64,000 bases of DNA from Oligoflexia bacterium (lineage in GTDB: Bacteria; Bdellovibrionota; UBA1018), in contig CAVWVI010000003.1 in assembly GCA_963758495.1 (NCBI GenBank), positions 1,312,001-1,376,000 of the forward strand. The letters are read 5' to 3'. The position numbers and the translations under genes were made by a program. Below the pieces are notes generated by a model, which was not told the origin of the DNA, did not search any database, and saw only the letters and a list, made by a program, of their open reading frames with translations. Shown here piece by piece: positions 57,205 to 64,000 of the stretch (position 1 is the first letter of the stretch; every line of letters starts with the position of its first letter).

Positions 57205-58206
57205 TTAATTTATTGATCGCCCCCGGAGCAAATCTTTCACTACTCCATACATCACAGAAGGCAAGGCTTCCAGCTCCTCTACCTCTCGAACCACTCCTCT
57301 GCCTCGTTTAGCCATATCTCGACATAGTTCATAACTGGCGCGCTCCCGACCCATTTTTAAAAGTACTAAATGTGGGAATCTCGATGCTAAATAACTGGGA
57401 TCTCTTCCCGCCGTGTATTTTCCATCTGTCAACAGAACCACAGAAGGGGGCCTTCCAATGCCGCTTGCTATTAATGTAGTCATGAGTTTTAACGTCGCCC
57501 TCATTCCGTCTTCAAGATGAGTATAGCCTTGGGCGGGTACGTCCAAGAACCTTTCTAAGAGTTGGAATACAGATATGACTTCATCTGGACGCTTGAGTAT
57601 TTTTGCTTCATTTTCAAAGGCAATCATTCCAATAGGATCTTCAGGGAATTGAAGCAATACTACTGCCAACGCAACAGCCGTAAGTGCTAACTTCTCTCCC
57701 GTCATAGAAAGGCTAGTATCTACCGTCAATAGAAGAGGGTATCGACGATGAACCGAATAACTCATCCAAATATCTGGATCCGTCAGAGGATGAGGAGAGT
57801 TTTCAATCGTCTCATCCAAATCCAAATCCACTTGTTCTGCACTACTTGGAACGTCTCTCCAAGGCACTATTCTCTGCTCCATAGGCCGCACCACTGAGCC
57901 GAGTACTTCTCGAGCTCTCTCTAAAATAGCTTCTGCAGAGATCTTACGTAGATGATTTGCAAGCTTCTGGGAAGAACTCTTGGACTTAAACTCATGGTAA
58001 CGTGTAGCGACATCCCATCCACTGGAGTTTTTTATATCTATTTCTAGCGCATCTGATTCCTGATTAGAACTCGAACCAAAAGTTTCGGGTGGGAAAAACT
58101 GAGGTTTGGGTAACTGATGATCATCTGACTTCTTTGAGTCAAAAATACTACGAAATACATTACGTTTTTTAGTCAGATCGTTCTCAGGTGGCAGCGAATT
58201 TATTTC
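57205..58206 (-). CDS. VWA (MIDAS) domain reading frame, probably entered by -1 frameshift from the AAA+ gene
   Basis: VDTSLSM, GYT and LLTDG MIDAS residues; the frame is open from upstream of the A9G run, but the first start codon is at 57894. Confidence 0.75.
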   Translation of the reverse strand, partial: EINSLPPENDLTKKRNVFRSIFDSKKSDDHQLPKPQFFPPETFGSSSNQESDALEIDIKNSSGWDVATRYHEFKSKSSSQKLANHLRKISAEAILERAREVLGSVVRPMEQRIVPWRDVPSSAEQVDLDLDETIENSPHPLTDPDIWMSYSVHRRYPLLLTVDTSLSMTGEKLALTAVALAVVLLQFPEDPIGMIAFENEAKILKRPDEVISVFQLLERFLDVPAQGYTHLEDGMRATLKLMTTLIASGIGRPPSVVLLTDGKYTAGRDPSYLASRFPHLVLLKMGRERASYELCRDMAKRGRGVVREVEELEALPSVMYGVVKDLLRGRSIN

Positions 58207-59138
58207 TTTTTTTTTACCCCATCTGAAGTCACAGGGTTCAGTACTTCATCCACCCAACCTTTTAATAAAGACTCCATCTCAGATCGTAAAGTTTTACCTT
58301 CGTCTGAATCACGCTCAATTTCAATACGCGTAGGCAATGCCAAAAGCGTGGCAGATAAAAAAGCATCGGAAAAGATCATGCCTTCTTGAATCATGACACT
58401 TGCGATCTCTGCAATACTCAAAGCAGCACGGACAGATGCACCTCTTCTTATCCGAGCATGGCTACGAGTCAATCTTGTCAACAAAACTGCCGATACAGTC
58501 AGGCGATGGCCCAAAGTAGAGTCAAGAGCCGGAGAACTCACCCTGAGCCGATCTCCCACGATCCGAATTTCTTCTTCTTCGCTTTGATAATCGAGCACCA
58601 CTAATTCAAACCGATCTAAAATAGCTTCGCTTAAATGTGAGGTCGCTACAAATTCCTTGGGATTTTGAGTTGCAATCACCTTAAATCCAGGAGCTGCTCT
58701 GATTTCGCCCAAACGAGGAACTACGATCATCCTTTCATCAATGGCGGGTAGTAAAACATTTTGAACCCCTTCGGGCAATCGATTGAGTTCATTAATAAAA
58801 AGAACTCCACCTTTTTGCATCGCTTCTACTAAGGGCCCCGGCATAAATGTATCTACTGTAAATCCGTTTTTAATCACACTCGGTGGGTCAAACCAGCCCG
58901 ATAATTTCTGCTCCGAATAACGATTGTCGCCGTCCACGCGAAATACCTGTGACCCCAATTCACTCGTCACAGCCAAAGCTAAATGAGTTTTCCCTACACC
59001 CACCGGCCCTTCTAATAAGATATTCCGATGAGCTCGTAAGCATGCTCGAATCTGTAAAACTTCATGACTACGGCCTACTAACTCTAGAGAACTGTGCTTC
59101 GATAAATGAGATGAGTTATGAGATAAATCCGTAGTCAC
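58200..59138 (-). CDS. MoxR-family AAA+ ATPase
   Basis: LLEGPVGVGKT, LFINELNR, IATQNP, LSEAILDRF; GTG start overlaps the upstream TGA. Confidence 0.85.
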   Translation of the reverse strand: MTTDLSHNSSHLSKHSSLELVGRSHEVLQIRACLRAHRNILLEGPVGVGKTHLALAVTSELGSQVFRVDGDNRYSEQKLSGWFDPPSVIKNGFTVDTFMPGPLVEAMQKGGVLFINELNRLPEGVQNVLLPAIDERMIVVPRLGEIRAAPGFKVIATQNPKEFVATSHLSEAILDRFELVVLDYQSEEEEIRIVGDRLRVSSPALDSTLGHRLTVSAVLLTRLTRSHARIRRGASVRAALSIAEIASVMIQEGMIFSDAFLSATLLALPTRIEIERDSDEGKTLRSEMESLLKGWVDEVLNPVTSDGVKKKK

Positions 59139-60190
59139 TCCTTCGCTGCCTTCCGAATTCGTTCCTCTGCCATCCGATTGGCGACCCATTGAGTGGGAAA
59201 CTTTTCCTCTTCAGCACGATTGAGAATATGAGTAATCGTCTGCTCAATTCGAACTATATGATCAAATGCTCCCGCTCGGTTATAAACACCTTGGACTGTA
59301 TCCTCATAATAAATATTGATCAGGCCCCCAGCATTAATTGCATAATCTGGAGCATAAGTAATTCCTCGGTTCATGATTTCATAATCCAGCTCAGCGGTAG
59401 CCAATTGATTGTTTGCAGCACCTGCAATAATTTTAGACTGAATTCGAGGAAGGGTTTCAGGGCTGATCGATAAACCTAATGCCGAGGGTGCAAAAATATC
59501 GCACTTCACATCATAAATAGCATGAGGAGAAACTATTTCTATTCCGTATTTTTTTACGGCTCGATCAATCATCGCACTGTCGATATCACAGCCAATCACT
59601 TCCGCGCCATCTGCAATCAAGTGTTCGAGCAAATAATAAGAAACACTTCCTAAACCCTGGAGAGCAACTTTCACTCCCTTAAGCGAATTTGCTTTAAAGA
59701 CATGTCGTGTACAAGCACGCATGCCATGATACACGCCCCAGGCAGTTGCAGGAGATGGATCTCCACTCGAACCGACATTCCCTTCGATACCCAGTACATG
59801 TTGAGTTTTAGACTTAATTTGCCTTAAATCATCTGCACCAATTCCAACATCCTTTGCAGTAATATAATTTCCACCTAAGCGATCTACAAATTCTCCAAAT
59901 CTCGCAAGCATTTGAGGATTTTTTTGAGACTTCGGATCTCCTAAAATGACTGCTTTTCCTCCTCCCCAATTGAGTCCTGCAAGAGCGGCTTTATAAGTCA
60001 TTCCTTGAGATAATCGCAATACGTCATTAAACGCTTCCATCTCCGAAGCATAATTCCACATTCTACAACCACCGGTGGCTGGCCCGAGAATGGAAGAGTG
60101 AACAGCAATAATTGCGCGTAGTCCTACCGATGAGTCATTACAAAACACAATTTGTTCAAAACCATCCGTTTGAATTTTCTCAAAGATCAT
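59135..60190 (-). CDS. Leu/Phe/Val dehydrogenase
   Basis: GPATGGCR, GMTYK, GGGKAVI, GDPSPATAWGV, QGLGSV, GAANNQL, NAGGLI. Confidence 0.9.
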   Translation of the reverse strand: MIFEKIQTDGFEQIVFCNDSSVGLRAIIAVHSSILGPATGGCRMWNYASEMEAFNDVLRLSQGMTYKAALAGLNWGGGKAVILGDPKSQKNPQMLARFGEFVDRLGGNYITAKDVGIGADDLRQIKSKTQHVLGIEGNVGSSGDPSPATAWGVYHGMRACTRHVFKANSLKGVKVALQGLGSVSYYLLEHLIADGAEVIGCDIDSAMIDRAVKKYGIEIVSPHAIYDVKCDIFAPSALGLSISPETLPRIQSKIIAGAANNQLATAELDYEIMNRGITYAPDYAINAGGLINIYYEDTVQGVYNRAGAFDHIVRIEQTITHILNRAEEEKFPTQWVANRMAEERIRKAAKE

Positions 60191-60429
60191 ACGTTCATTT
60201 CCCTTTTTAACTTTGAATTTTTAGAAATCCTAATCTAACAAGCCCCATGGCCGTTCGCAAGTGGTTCTCTAGAAAGCAATAGCTCAGTTGCTTTTAAGTA
60301 CAATGCCTTCAACTGCCACCAAATTCTCGTTTTTATTTGATATTTTCTTTTTTCATTTGACGCCAAACGAAATCCGGGATTACTTCAAGTAGGTTGCTCT
60401 TCTTTTTATATTTTTCAGGGGGTGTTCGA

Positions 60430-60639
60430 ATGGCAACAGGTTCAGTAAAGTGGTTCAATGATAGTAAAGGTTATGGTTTTATTCAGGCCGATGGCACAGA
60501 AAGGGACGTATTCGTCCACTATACGGCAATTCAGGGCGAGGGGTTCAAGACTCTCGTTGAGGGGCAAAAGGTACAGTTTGATTTGATTGAAGGTCCTAAG
60601 GGTCCACAAGCGGCAAACGTTGCAAAAGCCATTCAATAA
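60430..60639 (+). CDS. Cold-shock protein
   Basis: [22 protein letters not shown]. Confidence 0.95.
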   Translation: MATGSVKWFNDSKGYGFIQADGTERDVFVHYTAIQGEGFKTLVEGQKVQFDLIEGPKGPQAANVAKAIQ

Positions 60640-60658
60640 TTAAAAGCCTACAGTCTTA

Positions 60659-60708
60659 AAAACGGAACCGGAGATCTATTTTTTTTGTTTTCCGATTCCG
60701 TTTTTTTT
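60659..60708. terminator. Bidirectional intrinsic terminator between csp and astD
   Basis: AAAAACGGAA-C-CGGA...TCCG-A-TTCCGTTTTTTTT. Confidence 0.65.
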
Positions 60709-60723
60709 CATATCTATGTCCGC

Positions 60724-62262
60724 CTATGTCCAGTTGAGCCCTGGGGTTTTAGCCGCCAGTTGTGCGGTTGATTGAATTTCAGCGACTTCAAGTGAGGCAG
60801 TCGGCGTAGTACAGTAAAGTGTCGCATTCACTGCTGTGGGAAAATGGTTCCCACTCTTTTTCAGTCCACCAAAAGGAAGTCGAGAAGATGCACCTACAGT
60901 TGATTTATTCCAATTAATTAAACCCATCTCTAAACCATCCCAGCACTTTTCATAAACAGCCCTACTCTGAGAGAAAATACTCGCGACTAGGCCGTACTGG
61001 GTTACATTGGCTTGCGCGATCGCTTCGTCCAATTCTGAAACTCCCTGAATACATACATTAGGTGCAAATAATTCTGTCTGCTGATAGGTGCTTTTTCTCG
61101 CTTGCTCAAGCGAAAGTTCCTTAATCCAACAAATTGACGGAGTCACATAATTTCCATTTACAGAAAGCTCTAGCGCCTTGCCCCGCATGATCAATTCACA
61201 GCCTTCTCGTGAGGCGATTCCCAAAAATTTCGTGTACCGATCCATAGAACCTTGATCAATCAAGGGCCCCATAAAGGGATTATCCAATGGATGACCAATC
61301 GAAAATGACTTAGCTCGTTGATGAAATTTTTCTGTAAATTGTTCCAAAATCTTATGTTGAACTAGAATTCGACTTGTCGCACTACATCGTTGTCCTGCGG
61401 TCAAAAAGGCTCCCATGAGCGTTTCATAAACAGCACCCTCGATGTCAGCATCTTCCCAGACAATAGTGGCATTCTTTCCACCCATTTCAAGAACAAGCAA
61501 CTTCCAATGTTGCTGAAGAGTATCTTGTTTAATGCGAGTCCCTACCTCGTATGAGCCCGTAAAAAGAACTCCGTGAACTCCCTCATGAACACATAGACGC
61601 CGCCCAACTTCCTTTTCACCTTGAATTAAATTAAACACTCCTGGCGGAAAGCCTGCTTCTTGAAAGCATTCTGCCATCAACTGCCCCACCATAGGGGCTT
61701 TTTCAGAAGGCTTAAAAACGAGGGTATTGCCCGTCAGTAAAGCAGGAACAATATGCCCGTTAGGCAAATGACCTGGAAAATTAAAAGGACCAATCACAGC
61801 CATAACGCCTAGAGGTCGATATTTACAAACCCCTCGTGTATTTTCCATGATTTTAGGAATTTCGAAGTCGGTAACATACCTCAGAGATTCCGTAAGAGTA
61901 ATTTCTACTTTATTGAGCATAGCAGAAACTTCCGTCCTCGCTTCCCAAGCGGGCTTCCCTACCTCTCTTGAAATCACTTCTACAAACTCTTCCTCACGTC
62001 GCATTAAAATCGATTGGTACTTTTTAAGAAGTTCGGAACGTTCTGAAATTGATTTTCGACGCCACGCAGGAAAAGCCATACGACCTGACTGAACGGCTTC
62101 ATCAACAGATAAATAAGAATATTGAAATTTACCTAATTCATCAGAATAATCCGCCGGGCTTTTACTTACCCACTCTCCTTGTGGATCAAGCGGCGCTTTA
62201 AAATGCCCTTGAATAAAATTACCCCTTGCCGAAACTTTAAAGTTAGATTTCGTCATACTCAC
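60724..62262 (-). CDS. astD: Succinylglutamate-semialdehyde dehydrogenase
   Basis: GPFNFPGHLPNGHIVPALLTGN, LEMGG, AGQRCS, PFGG..KSGNH; follows astA. Confidence 0.85.
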   Translation of the reverse strand: MSMTKSNFKVSARGNFIQGHFKAPLDPQGEWVSKSPADYSDELGKFQYSYLSVDEAVQSGRMAFPAWRRKSISERSELLKKYQSILMRREEEFVEVISREVGKPAWEARTEVSAMLNKVEITLTESLRYVTDFEIPKIMENTRGVCKYRPLGVMAVIGPFNFPGHLPNGHIVPALLTGNTLVFKPSEKAPMVGQLMAECFQEAGFPPGVFNLIQGEKEVGRRLCVHEGVHGVLFTGSYEVGTRIKQDTLQQHWKLLVLEMGGKNATIVWEDADIEGAVYETLMGAFLTAGQRCSATSRILVQHKILEQFTEKFHQRAKSFSIGHPLDNPFMGPLIDQGSMDRYTKFLGIASREGCELIMRGKALELSVNGNYVTPSICWIKELSLEQARKSTYQQTELFAPNVCIQGVSELDEAIAQANVTQYGLVASIFSQSRAVYEKCWDGLEMGLINWNKSTVGASSRLPFGGLKKSGNHFPTAVNATLYCTTPTASLEVAEIQSTAQLAAKTPGLNWT

Positions 62263-62283
62263 ACCCTTTCTAAGATGACTCTC

Positions 62284-63330
62284 TCAATAATAAGGCATAA
62301 ATGCGACTAGATCGTCTTTTTTTAATCCTAGAACTGTTCGTATGATCTCCGTCGAAGGCTCTAAAACATGAATTCGCCCCTCTTGAAGATGGGCCTGAGC
62401 AGCAATCGCCCGAAATTCTCCTGGCTTCTGACTCATACTACATAAGATCCCCGATTCACAAATAGGGGAAGCATTTGCTCCCTGAGTAGTGTCTAAAAAA
62501 AGCCGAGTAGCCATTCTCTTAACAGGAAGAATATCATCTACATTTGCCCACAAATGAGGCCCACCATCAAATGGATCGACCTGGTTTTTATATTGAAATC
62601 CAATTTTCCTTAACATATGCAAAACAGGTTCAGTTTCTTTTCCAACTTTTCCAATTGCATTTCGAGCTTCAGCCGGAAGAAAAGTCGTATATATTTTTCC
62701 TGATGGAAAAAGAGAAAAAATAAACTCTTTGTTTTTTCGGCAAAGTTGATCCGCCTCCCCATAATCCATGTTTGTGAATCTTCTACCAATCGCCTCCCAA
62801 AGAGGAGATTGTCCTTTTTTATTCAGGGGAGGGAGTAGCTCTGCAAGAATTTTTCTCTTAAATTTATTTCGATTCAATCCTAGAAATAAAAATCGAACAA
62901 ATGAAATCTGGCGTCCAATTCGACTTTCTGAATTTCTATATTGAGGATCGAGTACAAGTCCACCAATCTCAGAAGGTCCATTAGTGTCGTATTTGAGTTT
63001 CAATGTTCCATGGATAAAACCAGTACTAATTGTTTCTGAAAACTTTTCTTCACTACCCACTTCAAAATAAAAATGCGGTGACTCTACCGAACCATGCTGA
63101 CCTGCGATCATCGAAGTCCCTAAAATTTGATGAGTTTCTATGTCTTCCGCAACAAATATATATTTTCCATCAAACTTATTAGGAGCATCCTCTCGAAATG
63201 AGGCCACTGCTCTAAGAATTTTCTCTCGTAATAAATCTTTATCATTAGGAAGATTAATAAAACCGGGAGTCTGAGAAAATTTTTCTAAAGCATCTAGATC
63301 TTGCTCTTTGATTTCTCTCAGAAGTATCAT
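62284..63330 (-). CDS. astA: Arginine N-succinyltransferase
   Basis: NLP, SEIGGLVLDP.YR, RFLF, AEL, SPLWEAIGR.F, DPFDGGP. Confidence 0.85.
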   Translation of the reverse strand: MILLREIKEQDLDALEKFSQTPGFINLPNDKDLLREKILRAVASFREDAPNKFDGKYIFVAEDIETHQILGTSMIAGQHGSVESPHFYFEVGSEEKFSETISTGFIHGTLKLKYDTNGPSEIGGLVLDPQYRNSESRIGRQISFVRFLFLGLNRNKFKRKILAELLPPLNKKGQSPLWEAIGRRFTNMDYGEADQLCRKNKEFIFSLFPSGKIYTTFLPAEARNAIGKVGKETEPVLHMLRKIGFQYKNQVDPFDGGPHLWANVDDILPVKRMATRLFLDTTQGANASPICESGILCSMSQKPGEFRAIAAQAHLQEGRIHVLEPSTEIIRTVLGLKKDDLVAFMPYY

Positions 63331-64000
63331 AGACACACCTGTTCAATGACTCTTTCATAAAACCCAACAGCCTTCTCAATATGCTCTAATAAATTATGCT
63401 CATTAGGGCTATGACTGTTTCCTTGAGACTTTCCAGGACCAAAAACAATTGCAGGATAGCCTGCTTGAAAATATTGCGCAGCTTCGGTTGAAGTCGCTTT
63501 TTTTGAAAAAGCTGGCTCAATTCCAGCCGATATCATTGCCTCTTTACATATTTTTAACAACTCATCATCAGCCGACAAATTCAAGCTAGGGTTCATTCGT
63601 TCTCGGACTACTGCAACATTTAAACTCGGATAACGAACAGCTATTGCCTGAATCCCCTTTTGAATGGTTTGCTCTATTTCTTGAGGAGGGATTTCTGGCA
63701 AAAGTCTTAAATCAAAATGCAGCTCCATAATTCCCGATCTTTGCTTCAGTTGACCGAAGTTTACTGTAGAACAGGATGGATCATAGGTTTCATCGTTAAT
63801 TTTAGAAATTTGAACGGATAGCTCTTTGAAAAATTTTGTAACCTCTGTGAGACAGGGAAAAAGGTTATCGGGCAAAAACCTCACGCCTGAATCACCTACG
63901 CCCCCAAGTTCTACTTTAAAAGCCTTGTCTGGACTATCAGATCGACTCGACTCTCGAAAGAACCGTTTAAAATCTTCAAACTGATGCGAGGTCAAATAAA
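63327..64000 (-). CDS. M20/ArgE-like deacylase, 5' end outside the window
   Basis: FDLRLLP, TEA, FGPG...SHSPNEH C-terminal M20 motifs. Confidence 0.75.
   Translation of the reverse strand, partial: YLTSHQFEDFKRFFRESSRSDSPDKAFKVELGGVGDSGVRFLPDNLFPCLTEVTKFFKELSVQISKINDETYDPSCSTVNFGQLKQRSGIMELHFDLRLLPEIPPQEIEQTIQKGIQAIAVRYPSLNVAVVRERMNPSLNLSADDELLKICKEAMISAGIEPAFSKKATSTEAAQYFQAGYPAIVFGPGKSQGNSHSPNEHNLLEHIEKAVGFYERVIEQVCL

Noticed and set aside
59139..59189. Longer N-terminus for the MoxR ORF as given in the track
   Set aside because: It overlaps the dehydrogenase by 55 nt; the GTG at 59138 with a GTGA overlap is more plausible.

Overview
Bacterial chromosomal window. Gene content and order (spoVG next to tRNA-Gln, DUF1844-degP, pilT, lysA-dapA-dapB-dapL, etfBA-fadF, astA/astD) suggest a Bdellovibrionota or other former-Deltaproteobacteria lineage; this is inference, not a database result. 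Housekeeping blocks alternate with three accessory zones. (1) ~6.6-20.1 kb, between tRNA-Leu(CAG) and tRNA-Gln(UUG): a chaperone-usher-like pilus locus with a duplicated, frameshifted pilin, an Ig-domain protein, VapBC, a DUF2723-like protein, a TonB-dependent receptor, a Fic protein and a truncated IscB/HEARO omega-RNA-like remnant. (2) ~26.1-29.0 kb: two broken genes and a RAYT-like HUH transposase between ~110-bp hairpin direct repeats, followed by a 31-nt copy of part of the neighbouring pilT. (3) ~36.3-44.3 kb: two large secreted HEAT-repeat paralogues in inverted orientation around a LysM gene. The strongest hidden signal is at 57.2-59.1 kb. A MoxR-like AAA+ gene ends in an A9G run (A_AAA_AAG) just before its stop, and the -1 frame stays open with no start codon for ~110 codons into a VWA domain. 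This points to a programmed -1 frameshift or transcriptional slippage giving both AAA and AAA-VWA products. All product calls come from motif recognition by eye.
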